NCBI GenBank assembly: GCA_964538375.1
Contig: CAZIFQ010000010.1
Span: forward strand, 12,738 to 76,737
Length of the DNA: 64,000 nucleotides
Direction: 5' to 3'
Source: an uncultured Bacteroidaceae bacterium
GTDB lineage: Bacteria; Bacteroidota; Bacteroidia; Bacteroidales; GCA-2748055
The stretch's first letter is position 1, and the number at the start of each line of letters is the position of its first letter. A program made the translations under genes and the position numbers. The notes under the pieces are model-generated. The model was not told the DNA's origin. It ran no database searches and saw only the letters and a list, made by a program, of their open reading frames with translations. Positions 51,065 to 62,241 of the stretch are shown piece after piece.

Positions 51065-53819
51065 ATGGTAAAAAGGATTCTTGTCGGCGGAATATTTGCG
51101 CTTGTTGTCATTGGTTTATTATTAATTTATTTTTTTTCCCGGACCAATACTTTTGAATCAGCTGAGGCATCCCAGGCAGTATCTGAAGATGCAATCCTAT
51201 TTGCAGAAAATATTGATTATGCATATTTTTCCGGGGAGTTTATCTCTGAAAACCAGGTATGGAAAGAGTTAAGAACATCCGGGACGTCTTTTTCAGCATA
51301 TGATTCTGTGTTTAAATTTTTCTCCTCTTTACTGGATTCCCAACCTCTTCTGAAAGATGCCATTGAAAAAGGTCCTTTAAGTATTTCCTTGCACTTGATG
51401 GGAAAGAGTAAGCTGGCAGTAGTAATTTATTTTCAACCGGGCGAGAACATAACTATTAATGATCTTGAAACAGAGATCACGGCTTTATTTGGTGAAAATG
51501 CCATTGTGAACGAAAGGAAGTATGAGGCAGTGAATTTGAAAGATGTCTCACTTGCAAAAGGAGGCATTATACCGTCTCTCACTTATGGGAATAAGAATAG
51601 ACTCTTTATATTGAGCACATCTTCCATTCTTGTTGAGGATGCAATTCGAAATCTGAACTCCAAAGGAGGAATATATTATCAGAAAGGATTCCAAAAAGTT
51701 GCTAATACAGCCGGGAAATATGTGAATGCCAATATTTATATAAACTATGCTATGCTGGAGCAAATATTTTATCCGGCTATAGAAAACAATAACAGGCATA
51801 TTCTTAATCAATTTTCGAATCTGGCTGATTGGGGAGAGCTTGATGCTGATTTGAATAATGATGCCCTTGTATTTAATGGGATGACATGCTCAGAAGATTC
51901 CCTGGCACAGTATCTGAATTTGTTTAACGGACAGTCATCTGTTAAATTGGAATCCGTATCGATGATACCTTCAAATACCACAAGGTATCTGTGGGCAGGG
52001 ATCAGTGATGCAAATCTTTTCAAAAAGAAAGTAGAAGAACACTACACAAAGCTCGGGCGTATCCAGGAGTTTAGATCTGCAGACAATAAGCTGAAAACTC
52101 TTTTTGGGGTGAGTCCTTATTCAGATTTATTGGAGATTATGAAGGATGAGGTTTTTTGGTTAAAAATGGACGCACAAAGCTCAGTTGAAGAATATGAAGT
52201 GGTTGGAATTGAAGTCAATAGCAGGAGCGAAGCCATAAGTCGCTTAAAGTCGTGGACATTGAATTATGCAGCCGAAAAAGGCATTGATCATTCTTTGCTT
52301 GTCAGCCAATATCAGCTTGACGATCAAACCAGTTATGAGATTTATCATTTACCTGTGCAGATGTATGAGGGATTTTTCCAGGAGCATTTTTTGAAATCAT
52401 ACTTTGCTATCTATGACAGATTTATTTTTTTCAGTGACTCTAAAGAGGCCATATCAAGAACGATTTACCAGAATGTATTACATAAAACCCTTAACAATGA
52501 AGCATCTTACGCTAAGGTAAATAACTTTTTATCCAGCAAGGGGAATTTAACGCTCTATATTCGTCCTGATAGATTCCTGGAGAGCATATCTGGTTATCTT
52601 GAAAAGAAAACAAAGCTCCTGGTAAGGACGCTCGAACCCGCATTGAAAAAAGTTCCTGGAGTAGTTTTTCAATTTGTAAGTGAAGGGGATGTGTTTTATA
52701 CAAATTTCACCTTGAAATTTACTTCCCAGGTAAAAGAGAAGTCACTTACCGAATGGGAAAGTCTTCTTGATTCAATGGCTATTATCAAGCCAGCGTTGGT
52801 TACAAACCATAATACTTCCGCAAAGGAGATTCTTGTTCAGGATGCCACCAATTCATTGTACCTGATTAACAGCACAGGAAGGGTTCTCTGGAAGAATAAG
52901 TTAGATGACAGGATCAAAAGTGAGATCTTTCAGATTGATTTTTATCAAAATGGGAAGCTTCAGTATCTTTTTAATACAGCATCGGGTATACACCTGATTG
53001 ACAGAAACGGAAATTACGTGGAGCGATATCCAGTTAAATTCCGTGCAGATGCAACCAACGGGCTTGCTTTATTCGACTATGATAATAGAAAAGAGTACAG
53101 GATTTTTGTGGCATGTTCAGACAGGAAAGTGTATGTCTATGATATTGAAGGGAATATAATCCCGGGATGGAAATTCCCCCAATCGGAAGGAGTAGTTGAG
53201 AAGACTATCCAACACTTTAGATTGAAGGAGAAGGATTATATTGTATTTTCTGATCCGATCAGAACATATATGCTGGATCGTCGCGGAAGAGAAAGAGTGA
53301 AGCAAAAGGAACTGGTTGCGGTTTCTAAGAATAATCAATTCTACCTTGATATGAATTTGTCACCCCAGGCTGCTTACAACTGATATCGGAGGAAATGTCA
53401 TTGAAATTGATTTTGAGGGAAATATGAAGAAAATTCTTACAAATAGTGCAAGCGGGGATCATTTTTTTCGTATAAAGGATATTGATCAGGATGGTGCTGT
53501 TGAGTTTATTTTTGCAGATGGAAATGAATTGAAAGTGATTGATTCTGAAGGCGAAAGATTTTTTTCTTACAAAATAAAGAGCGATATTGAGATGTTACCG
53601 GATATATATCAGTTTTCAGTTTCAGATGTAAAAATTGGTATAACAGATTCTGAAAATAACAGAATCTATCTTATAAATTCCGATGGTTCTGTATATGAGG
53701 GCTTTCCTCTTGAAGGAAATACGCGCTACAGTATCGGATATTTTACGGGCTCCGACAGCAGGTTTAACCTGATAGTGGGAAGTGCCAATGGATTTATATA
53801 TAATTATTCAATTGAATAG
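51065..53819 (+). pseudogene. membrane-anchored envelope protein (DUF3352-like plus beta-propeller) split by a +1 frameshift near 53362-53366
   Basis: ORF to 53383 ends abruptly 'DMNLSPQAAYN'; the +1 frame reads PRLLTTDIGGNVIEIDFEGN straight into ORF 53424..53819, which continues the propeller repeats (GFPL, DIDQDG). Confidence 0.7.
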
Positions 53820-53821
53820 CC

Positions 53822-55501
53822 ATGAAACGCACACGAATATTACCAATACTTCTAGTTGCAGCTATGATTTTTGCATCATGGTCATGCAGTAGATTTGAAG
53901 CATTTAAACTGGATAACCTTGACACAGAGATGGAGTTTAAACCTAGTGTTGCGGCTCCATTGGCTTACGGCAGTTTTAATTTGCAGGATGTGCTGGAAGC
54001 CGTTGATTCCACTGGCTTGGTATCGCAAACAGAAGACAGCTTGCTCTATATTTATTATACCGACACCGCTTACTCCGTAAAAGCCAGTGAAATAGTTGAC
54101 CTCCCGGATAAAGTAACCAGTCAGGACTACATTGAAGCAGATATTACAATACCTGATTGGAACGCACTTCCGGATGGAGATTCTTTGATATTTACCAAAA
54201 CTAAAATACTGGATTTTGAGATCGAAGCAGATGACCAAATTGATAGCGTCAGACTCAGTGGGGGCAGTCTCACCATGGATGTAACGAGTGGCTTTCGTCA
54301 TTCTGGATCGTTAACGATTTCAAGCAGTCACATTTATGATGATAATGGCGATTCGCTTAATCTTAAGTTTACTATCAGTGAACCTGATGGTATGTATGAC
54401 TCCCTCTCTACTTATCCTATGGAGGGATATACGCTTTACGTTCAGGAAGACGCAGGGACTGCCTTTCTAAGAATAAATTATAATCTGACTTTAATAAAGG
54501 AAGCAGGTAATGGGGTTACTCTTGGTGACAGAGCAGATATTGAGACCTCTTTCGATGATATGGAATTTAGTCATATTTATGGTTTTGTGTCCGATCGGGA
54601 AGTACTTAATGTGAATCAGACGCTCTCTCTTGGCTTTTTTGATATTGCCTCAGCACTTAAGGATATTACTTTAAAGGCGCCTGAATTTAATCTTCATGTG
54701 GATAACTCTTATGGAATTCCTATGGAGATAGATCTTTCAAATATAACAGCCAGGTCTACCAGCGAGGGGACCACCTTGCCTTTGATATTTGATCATGATT
54801 CCCTGAAAACTTTTAACGTGGATGCCCCTTCCATTGAACAATTGGGACAAACGGTTAATTCTATACATTATATAAACGGTGACAACAGTAACCTGGAGGA
54901 AATCCTGGCATCATCTCCCAATAAACTGGATTTTGATATCATTGCAAACACAGGAACGACACCTGGCGTCCAGAATTTCATCTTGGACACCAGTAAAATG
55001 GATATTATCATAGAAGTGGTATTACCGATGTGGTTGCAAACAGGAGGATATACAATGCAAGACACCATTGATATGGATATCGGATCCATTGTTGGAGACC
55101 TGAATTTTGTTGATAGTGCGTGGATTACAATGAAATATGTCAATGAATTACCGCTGGAAGTAAGGTTGCAGGGATATTTCCTCAATTCAGCGGAAGTGGT
55201 CCTGGACTCACTTTTCAGTGAAGGTACTGTTGCATTACTTGAAGCCGCACAGGTTGATGAGAATGGGGAAATAGTGGAAGAATTATTGACCGAAGAAACA
55301 TTTGTAATTGAAATGACCGGAGAGCAAATGGCGAATCTTTCTGATGCCACATTATTATGGTTTAAAGCAGATGCTTCGACCACTGATAACGGAACAAAAT
55401 TCGTCAAGTTCTATAGCCACTATGAGTTAAGTTATAAATTATTTATTGAAGCATATTTCTCAATAAATACAACTGAAATGGATTTCGGATCCGAAGAATA
55501 A
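53822..55501 (+). CDS. acidic beta-rich lipoprotein, unknown function
   Basis: Signal peptide ending SWSC; repeated NSYGIPM / NELPL beta-sandwich-like motifs. Confidence 0.75.
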   Translation: MKRTRILPILLVAAMIFASWSCSRFEAFKLDNLDTEMEFKPSVAAPLAYGSFNLQDVLEAVDSTGLVSQTEDSLLYIYYTDTAYSVKASEIVDLPDKVTSQDYIEADITIPDWNALPDGDSLIFTKTKILDFEIEADDQIDSVRLSGGSLTMDVTSGFRHSGSLTISSSHIYDDNGDSLNLKFTISEPDGMYDSLSTYPMEGYTLYVQEDAGTAFLRINYNLTLIKEAGNGVTLGDRADIETSFDDMEFSHIYGFVSDREVLNVNQTLSLGFFDIASALKDITLKAPEFNLHVDNSYGIPMEIDLSNITARSTSEGTTLPLIFDHDSLKTFNVDAPSIEQLGQTVNSIHYINGDNSNLEEILASSPNKLDFDIIANTGTTPGVQNFILDTSKMDIIIEVVLPMWLQTGGYTMQDTIDMDIGSIVGDLNFVDSAWITMKYVNELPLEVRLQGYFLNSAEVVLDSLFSEGTVALLEAAQVDENGEIVEELLTEETFVIEMTGEQMANLSDATLLWFKADASTTDNGTKFVKFYSHYELSYKLFIEAYFSINTTEMDFGSEE

Positions 55502-55525
55502 TAGCAACCTTCAGAATAAATATCT

Positions 55526-56968
55526 ATGAAACGAGCTAAAAAAATATTAATTACCGGGACATTTATAATCTTTGCAGCATTGCAAGTTGGAGCTCAAATT
55601 CCAAATTCAATGTTTTTCATGCCTGGTGTCCCCCAATCTAACCGGATTAACCCTGCCATACAACCAGGATGTGGATTGTATCTTGGTATGCCGGCATTGT
55701 CACCATTCAGAATGCAAATAAGTTCCAGTTCCCTGGCATTTCAGGATGTAATTTATTACAATTCTGATCTGGGTGTTCCAATCACTGCTTTTCATCCTTT
55801 GGGTGATAAGGAAGCGTTTCTTGCCAATCTTGATCCTGTAAACTTTATTTTAAGTGATTTGGGTACATCATTGATATCTTTAGGTTTCAGAGCCGGGAAA
55901 AATTTCTTCTCCTTTGATTTAACTACGAGGGTTGATGCGAATATTTATTATCCTAAAGGTTTATTTGAACTTCCAATTTATGGTCTACCTGATGGTGCAA
56001 CAACATCGTTTAATGGAATAGGAGTTGATTTCACAGGTTTCATCGAAACATCCCTTGGATGGTCGCGAAAGGATCTTGTTATACCAAATCTTGACCTGGG
56101 AGTCCGGGCTAAATTTCTTTCGGGTTTGGCGAACGTGACTACAGTGAATTCAGTAATGGAAGTGAGCACTTCAACTGATGCGATAAATTTGAACTCAGAT
56201 ATGCAGTTCAATATTGCTGCGCCGTCAATGATAGGCATTACCGAAGCAGACAGCTCTTTTTTCCCGGATATTCAACAGGATGATGAATATTTTAGCAATA
56301 CTTCTCCAGTTGATATTGTTAAAGATGTTTTTCTTGATAATGTTGGTTTTGGGGTTGATATAGGTGTTAATTATCAACCAATTCCCCAGGTGATGGTAAG
56401 TGCATCGTTACTGGATTTGGGGTATATAAATTGGAACAATACTATTGCAGGAAGCATGGCATTTGCATATGATTTTATTGGTGTTGATGCAAATCCTTTT
56501 ACAGGTATTGATACTACTTTCATACAGGAGATGCTGGATTCAGCAGAAGCTTCAGTAGGTATAACTGCAGGGCAGCCATATGCCTCACGACTAAATACTA
56601 AATTATTTATCGGGGCTTCCTACTATCCTATTGAGAAGATTGGCTTTGGCTTGTTGTCAAGAACTGATTTTTTGAATGACAAAATTGCTCAGCAGTTTAC
56701 CGCAACGGCTAATATGACGACTGGCAGATTCATCAACCTGTCGCTAAGCTATACCTACATGGACAGGTCACCGAAGAACTTTGGGGCAGGCTTATCATTT
56801 AATGCCGGCCCGTTTAATCTGTATGTAATTTCTGATAATATAATTAGCGGTGCTTTATGGCCGACCCAAGCACGTTCTGTTAATTTATGGTTTGGAATGA
56901 ACCTTTGCTTTGGTTATAGGGTTGATAAGAAAGTGCCACCACCAAAAGACCGACCGCTAATCTTATAG
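55526..56968 (+). CDS. DUF5723-like outer membrane beta-barrel
   Basis: Signal peptide; PQSNRINPA, GFGVDIGVNY, SLLDLGYINW, WFGMNLCFG. Confidence 0.75.
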   Translation: MKRAKKILITGTFIIFAALQVGAQIPNSMFFMPGVPQSNRINPAIQPGCGLYLGMPALSPFRMQISSSSLAFQDVIYYNSDLGVPITAFHPLGDKEAFLANLDPVNFILSDLGTSLISLGFRAGKNFFSFDLTTRVDANIYYPKGLFELPIYGLPDGATTSFNGIGVDFTGFIETSLGWSRKDLVIPNLDLGVRAKFLSGLANVTTVNSVMEVSTSTDAINLNSDMQFNIAAPSMIGITEADSSFFPDIQQDDEYFSNTSPVDIVKDVFLDNVGFGVDIGVNYQPIPQVMVSASLLDLGYINWNNTIAGSMAFAYDFIGVDANPFTGIDTTFIQEMLDSAEASVGITAGQPYASRLNTKLFIGASYYPIEKIGFGLLSRTDFLNDKIAQQFTATANMTTGRFINLSLSYTYMDRSPKNFGAGLSFNAGPFNLYVISDNIISGALWPTQARSVNLWFGMNLCFGYRVDKKVPPPKDRPLIL

Positions 56969-56974
56969 CAGCTA

Positions 56975-57724
56975 TTACTTCGTCTTGATTTGTTGCGCGA
57001 GATTAGTAGCGAAGACGAAATCGTTAAGGTCCTTATTGTCTGTATGGAGCACCTCCTTATTGGTGCCCTCCCAGCTTTTCTCACCATTGAACATATAAAT
57101 GACTTTCTCCCCAATCTCAAGCACTGAATTCATGTCATGAGTGTTCACGATTGTAGTAATCTGAAATTCTTCAGTAAGGTCTTTGATAAGATTATCAATC
57201 AGAATACCTGTTTTTGGGTCCAGGCCTGAATTAGGCTCGTCGCAGAACAAATATTTGGGAGACAGCGAGATTGCCCTGGCGATAGCTGCTCGTTTCTGCA
57301 TACCGCCGCTGAGCTCAGAGGGCAACATTGTATTGACATTTTTCAATCCAACACGTTCCAGGCAGAAATTTGAACGATCCTGCATTTCTTTCTTAGACAA
57401 TTTTGAGAACATATTAAGGGGAAACATAACATTTTCCTCAATTGTCATTGAATCGAAAAGGGCGGCACCCTGAAAAAGCATTCCCATCTCTTTTCTCAGC
57501 TTGTTCATTTCTCTTCTGTTCATGCTTTGATAATCCTGGTCATCATAGAAAACATGCCCCCTGTCAGCAATCAATAATCCAACTATGGTTTTTAGCAGTA
57601 CTGTTTTCCCGGAACCGCTTTCACCAATGATCAGGTTACACTTTCCCCGCTCAAAGTTGGCTGATACATTTTTCAAGACGTAGCGGTCGTCAAAATGCTT
57701 ATGTATATTCTTTACAGTGATCAT
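56975..57724 (-). CDS. mlaF: MlaF-like ABC ATP-binding protein
   Basis: GESGSGKT, GMLFQGAALFDS, LSGGMQKR, DEPNSGLDP; ATG overlaps the mlaE stop. Confidence 0.88.
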   Translation of the reverse strand: MITVKNIHKHFDDRYVLKNVSANFERGKCNLIIGESGSGKTVLLKTIVGLLIADRGHVFYDDQDYQSMNRREMNKLRKEMGMLFQGAALFDSMTIEENVMFPLNMFSKLSKKEMQDRSNFCLERVGLKNVNTMLPSELSGGMQKRAAIARAISLSPKYLFCDEPNSGLDPKTGILIDNLIKDLTEEFQITTIVNTHDMNSVLEIGEKVIYMFNGEKSWEGTNKEVLHTDNKDLNDFVFATNLAQQIKTK

Positions 57725-58464
57725 TACAGGATAATATTCGTGAGAACCAGGTCGGCAAGGAGAATCAGGATGCAACTCAGTACTACGGCCCTGGTGCTGG
57801 CTTTTCCTACTTCCACAGCCCCTCCCTGCACATGGAACCCATGGTAAGCAGACAAGGTTGATATTATAAAGCCGTAGAAAGCAGTTTTTATCATCGCGTA
57901 AGAGAGATAATGAGGATAGAAGCTATATTGAATTCCTAATTTATACTCATGGACAGGGATAACATCTCCAATAAGGCAAACCAGGTATCCTCCTATCAAT
58001 CCCATCCCAACACTTATTACACAGAGCATAGGAGTGAAAAAAACTGTGGCAATTATTTTTGGAAGTATCAGATATCCGGGGGCATTAATACCCATAACTT
58101 CAAGTGCATCAATTTGCTCAGTTACTCTCATCATGCCAATTTCCGAGGCAATACTGGATCCAATCTTTCCTGCGAGGACAAGTCCTATCATGGTTGAAGA
58201 AAACTCCAGGAGCAGGGAGTCTCTTACCGCCACCCCAACTAAGTAACTTGGCAATAGGGGGTTTTCAATATTGTAATTCGTTTGAATGGTTATTGCAGCG
58301 CCCACGAAAATAGATACAATGACTACAATTAATATGGAGCCGATACCATGATTCTCTATTTCCCTGAGTGTTTGCCTGTAGTAAACTAAGGTTTTTTCTG
58401 GCCTGGCGAATGTTTTTTTAAGAAGAATAAGGTATTTCCCGATATTTCTAATCGCTTTAATCAT
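57724..58464 (-). CDS. mlaE: MlaE-like ABC permease
   Basis: AGKIGSSIASEIG.MRVTEQIDALEVMG, GAVEVGKASTRAVV. Confidence 0.9.
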   Translation of the reverse strand: MIKAIRNIGKYLILLKKTFARPEKTLVYYRQTLREIENHGIGSILIVVIVSIFVGAAITIQTNYNIENPLLPSYLVGVAVRDSLLLEFSSTMIGLVLAGKIGSSIASEIGMMRVTEQIDALEVMGINAPGYLILPKIIATVFFTPMLCVISVGMGLIGGYLVCLIGDVIPVHEYKLGIQYSFYPHYLSYAMIKTAFYGFIISTLSAYHGFHVQGGAVEVGKASTRAVVLSCILILLADLVLTNIIL

Positions 58465-58571
58465 TGGGCTAAATTTAATAATAATTCCTTGGGCATAATA
58501 TAAAACATGCCAGTTCTTATAATCGTATGCTTTTTTGCAGTATTTTTATTTATCAATGGAAAATTTCTTCT

Positions 58572-59666
58572 ATGAATAAAGATTATTATTGCGTAATAAT
58601 GGCTGGTGGGGTTGGCAGCCGTTTCTGGCCTTTAAGCAGAGCCAGGTATCCCAAGCAATTTATTGATATTTTGGGTGTAGGAAAAACGCTCCTGCAACAA
58701 ACATATGATCGGTTTAATGTATTAATTCCTGAGGAAAACATCTTCATTGTTAGCAATGAAGAGTATAAGAATTTGATTGCTGAGCAATTGCCGGACTTAC
58801 CTGTAGAGAATATTCTGCTTGAGCCATCAAGAAGAAATACGGCTCCGTGCATTGACTATGCCAATTTCAGGATATTACATCAAAATCCCAGTGCCAAAAT
58901 TATAGTAGCGCCTTCTGATCATCTGATACTTAAAGAGGAGGTTTTTCTTGAATGTGTAGGCCAGGGAATGGAATTTGTAGGGCAAACTAATGCCTTATTA
59001 ACCCTGGGGATAAAGCCCAACAGGCCTGAGACCGGGTATGGTTATATACAGGCAGTGCAGCAGCCGGTAAAGGGCTTTGAGAAAGTAAATCTTAAAAAGG
59101 TTAAGACTTTTACAGAAAAGCCGGATATTGAATTAGCAAAGGTGTTTTTTGAAAGCGGTGAATTTTTCTGGAATTCCGGGATCTTCTTCTGGTCGCTAAG
59201 TTCTATTATGAAGGCCTTTGATAAGCACCTTCCGGAAGTGCACAGTTTATTTAAAGAAGGTGAGACTATTTTTGGATCAGCGAAGGAGAAGAAGTTTATT
59301 AAAAATGCTTATGAGGAGTGCAAAAATATAAGCATTGATTATGGCATCATGGAGAAGGCGGATAATGTATATGTATTAACTTCTGATTTTGGATGGTCTG
59401 ATCTTGGTACATGGGGCTCCTTATATGAGCAGATGCCAAAAGATAAAAAGAAGAATGCTGTGAATGCCAAGCATGTATTTTTATATGATTCTTCAGGTAA
59501 TATTGTTAATGTACCAGATGATAAACTGGTATTGCTACATGGATTAAAGGATTATATAGTCGTTGAGTCTAACAATATCTTGCTTATTTGTAAGCGTGAA
59601 GATGAACAGAGAATAAAGCTGTTTGTAAATGATATTCGAGCAGAGCTTGGGGAAGATTTTATTTAA
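58572..59666 (+). CDS. manC: mannose-1-phosphate guanylyltransferase
   Basis: IMAGGVGSRFWPLSR, RNTAP, ETGYGYI, FTEKP, SIDYGIMEK, WSDLGTW. Confidence 0.93.
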   Translation: MNKDYYCVIMAGGVGSRFWPLSRARYPKQFIDILGVGKTLLQQTYDRFNVLIPEENIFIVSNEEYKNLIAEQLPDLPVENILLEPSRRNTAPCIDYANFRILHQNPSAKIIVAPSDHLILKEEVFLECVGQGMEFVGQTNALLTLGIKPNRPETGYGYIQAVQQPVKGFEKVNLKKVKTFTEKPDIELAKVFFESGEFFWNSGIFFWSLSSIMKAFDKHLPEVHSLFKEGETIFGSAKEKKFIKNAYEECKNISIDYGIMEKADNVYVLTSDFGWSDLGTWGSLYEQMPKDKKKNAVNAKHVFLYDSSGNIVNVPDDKLVLLHGLKDYIVVESNNILLICKREDEQRIKLFVNDIRAELGEDFI

Positions 59667-59667
59667 A

Positions 59668-59701
59668 AAAAAAAGCTGTCAAATCTTAGACAGCTTTTTT
59701 T
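59668..59701. terminator. bidirectional terminator
   Basis: AAAAAAAGCTGTC-N8-GACAGCTTTTTTT between convergent manC and gldN. Confidence 0.85.
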
Positions 59702-59718
59702 ATGAATATGATGTTCTG

Positions 59719-60618
59719 TTAATATTCCCAGAGATCGTGCTCTTGAACGAATATATCACTTTTGATACGTTCTGCTTCCATTAAAGCATCCTGTCCACTC
59801 ATAAAGTCGATGATCAACCTGTTGGCATGGATATTTGTTTCTCCTGCTATAGTGCTGGCGAATCTTCTCTGCATAAACAGGTCATCAAAGGAAATACTTT
59901 GTGAATCGTTGTTTGGATTAAATACTGGATGTGTAGCAAACATTCTCCGGCACTCAGGGAAATACACATAATACGGTACAATTCTGTTAGTTCCTGAACC
60001 TTGTACTTTAGGTAAAACAAGCACGGGAGCAAGAGCAACAATACGCACCCTCATTTCTGAATGTTGCTTATCGAAGTACCATTTTTCCCTTACATAAAAC
60101 TGTTTTACATAGGTGCCTCTTACATCTGCAAATTCAATTTGTGATGAATCAGCATTATAGATAAATGTTGCTCCTATTTTTTTATAGATTTGGTCTTTGG
60201 TGGTCCTGGCCTGGAATGGATTGTTCCAGTTATCATTAGATTCATAGGGTGTAATCTGCTCAGAAGCAATACCTTCCATTAATAAAAGGTACAAGCTATA
60301 ACGACTTTCAATTGGATCAGTTTCAGGATAACGCAATGGATAGTTCATTCGTTGTCTAAGGTCGATAATTCTCCAGACATCTTTTGCCCACATCACATCT
60401 GCTTCTCTTATATATGAATAAGGCACAGCTTTTTTTGTAGGAATGATATTCTCTCTTGAATAGACATCTTCAGGGGCTACATAATTAGCCGCTGGAGGTG
60501 GCGTAGAAAGATTACCAGGTGTTAACGACGTTGTAGGAGTAGGTGTATTTTGGCCATTAGAAATGGCCAAGCCAGCGCCCAACAAAATTACAACGAATAG
60601 ATACTTCATGGCTTTCAT
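59719..60618 (-). CDS. gldN: T9SS/gliding protein GldN/PorN
   Basis: READVMW..WRIIDLRQRMN, EKWYFDKQ, SFDDLF..RRF, EHDLWEY. Confidence 0.93.
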   Translation of the reverse strand: MKAMKYLFVVILLGAGLAISNGQNTPTPTTSLTPGNLSTPPPAANYVAPEDVYSRENIIPTKKAVPYSYIREADVMWAKDVWRIIDLRQRMNYPLRYPETDPIESRYSLYLLLMEGIASEQITPYESNDNWNNPFQARTTKDQIYKKIGATFIYNADSSQIEFADVRGTYVKQFYVREKWYFDKQHSEMRVRIVALAPVLVLPKVQGSGTNRIVPYYVYFPECRRMFATHPVFNPNNDSQSISFDDLFMQRRFASTIAGETNIHANRLIIDFMSGQDALMEAERIKSDIFVQEHDLWEY

Positions 60619-60620
60619 GA

Positions 60621-62222
60621 TTATATAATTTTAATAGATATAACATTGACATCACGGACAACTCCGTCAGGCCCAATGGCCTTGATATCTTCAATATTCA
60701 CCCTTTGTCCGGGTCTCATTCTTCTCAATATTGTTTGTTGTGCACCTGTAAACTTACTGTTTTCAGATGGTTCAATAAGGTTTACACCACCTGAACCCAA
60801 CACGTTTACTTTGAATTCAGTTACTTCATATTGAACATCGAAAAGGAAATTGTCTGCAATTGCTACAAGCTCTGTTATGCTTACCAGTTCACTTAGTGAC
60901 ATAGATCCACTACCTTTTCTGAAACCGGTTGGTATTACCGGTTTGCCCCCAACTCTTTTAGCAATAGTGGCAGTTGGGTCAGGAAGATTTTCTACCCTGA
61001 ATAACTGCTGGCCCATCATACTTTGTTTTCCATCTACTTCAGCATAAACGCTCACAGTACTTTTGGTTTCTTTTGGTCCACAGCGAACAATATAATCACC
61101 TGCGGATACACGGTTAATCCTTCCGGCAGTTATTCTGGGCCTAACGGCTGTTTCAGGAACTCCAGAAGCAGAAACAGAGACAGGATTATCCACCCCTCTG
61201 TAGAACACGTTCATTTTTGTTGCTGAAATCACTGCATTGGCTGCAGAAACGGTATATGTAGATTCAAATTCCCTGGTAATAATCTCGCCATCATTGTCTA
61301 ACCTAAGCACGCCTCCCCATGTTCTTGTTCCTTCTGAACTTGAGGTAGCGGTGTAGATCCCTTTCCCAAATTCAACCGGGAGGATGTTTCCACCTTTGAG
61401 AATTACTTCTGGTATTTTTGTTGAATCATAAGCAGCTAGAAATACCTGCGCCCTGTATTCCTGTCCTTTGAATACATTGCTATTTTCTGCCAGCACAACA
61501 GCATCAATAACATTTACTTTAAAGTCTTTTGCATCAACTTGTTGTAGCAGGTAACCCAATACGTCAGATTCAACATTTCTAACATCGGCCTGAATGGCTG
61601 ATAAACGTGTAATTACACCAGCGAGGGGCAAATGCTCAAAATTATAACTTTCCCAGGGAGCTGCCTCCTGTCCTGCCTTTTTAGCAGGGTGATCGTGTGT
61701 AGACAGGTTTCCAAGGATTGCCTCCAAAAGAGGTGCGAATGTAGAGTCTTGTCCGATCAATTCCTCCAGATATTCTCTGTAGTCATCAATCATAAGTTTC
61801 AGCTCTTTCCCTTTCCCTTTGGTAATCATCACCTCTCCCGGGGTGTTGTTATTATCCTTTACTTTTACAAGGTCAAGATCAACTTGACCATCGATAATCG
61901 CGTCTGGATCCTTCACACTAACGATTTCAACCTTACACTCATTAAGAAATTCGTACAATTCACTGGTCTTTTCCTGCACTTCATCAGCTCTTATTTTCCA
62001 GTCTCCAACCTTTTCTGGATTCTGTGAATAGGCAAAATCAAAAGTACTGTAGATACCTCTGTTTTTCGCAGCAAAATTTTCGGTTGTTTGAACCAGACCC
62101 TTATCGACAATAACAAAAGCATCCAATACTTCTTTTGATACATTCAATGCTAACATTGCAGTTAGAATTAAATACATCATGCCGATCATTTTTTGTCTCG
62201 GAGTTTCTTTTCCGTGTCCCAT
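60621..62222 (-). CDS. gldM: T9SS/gliding motor protein GldM/PorM
   Basis: TPRQKMIGMMYLILTAMLALNVS, KMNVFYRGVDNP. Confidence 0.95.
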   Translation of the reverse strand: MGHGKETPRQKMIGMMYLILTAMLALNVSKEVLDAFVIVDKGLVQTTENFAAKNRGIYSTFDFAYSQNPEKVGDWKIRADEVQEKTSELYEFLNECKVEIVSVKDPDAIIDGQVDLDLVKVKDNNNTPGEVMITKGKGKELKLMIDDYREYLEELIGQDSTFAPLLEAILGNLSTHDHPAKKAGQEAAPWESYNFEHLPLAGVITRLSAIQADVRNVESDVLGYLLQQVDAKDFKVNVIDAVVLAENSNVFKGQEYRAQVFLAAYDSTKIPEVILKGGNILPVEFGKGIYTATSSSEGTRTWGGVLRLDNDGEIITREFESTYTVSAANAVISATKMNVFYRGVDNPVSVSASGVPETAVRPRITAGRINRVSAGDYIVRCGPKETKSTVSVYAEVDGKQSMMGQQLFRVENLPDPTATIAKRVGGKPVIPTGFRKGSGSMSLSELVSITELVAIADNFLFDVQYEVTEFKVNVLGSGGVNLIEPSENSKFTGAQQTILRRMRPGQRVNIEDIKAIGPDGVVRDVNVISIKII

Positions 62223-62241
62223 AGGTATGGATTAATTTTTA

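Noticed and set aside
58490-58540. sigma54-like strings between mlaE and manC
   Set aside because: They lack either the GG or a correctly spaced TTG element
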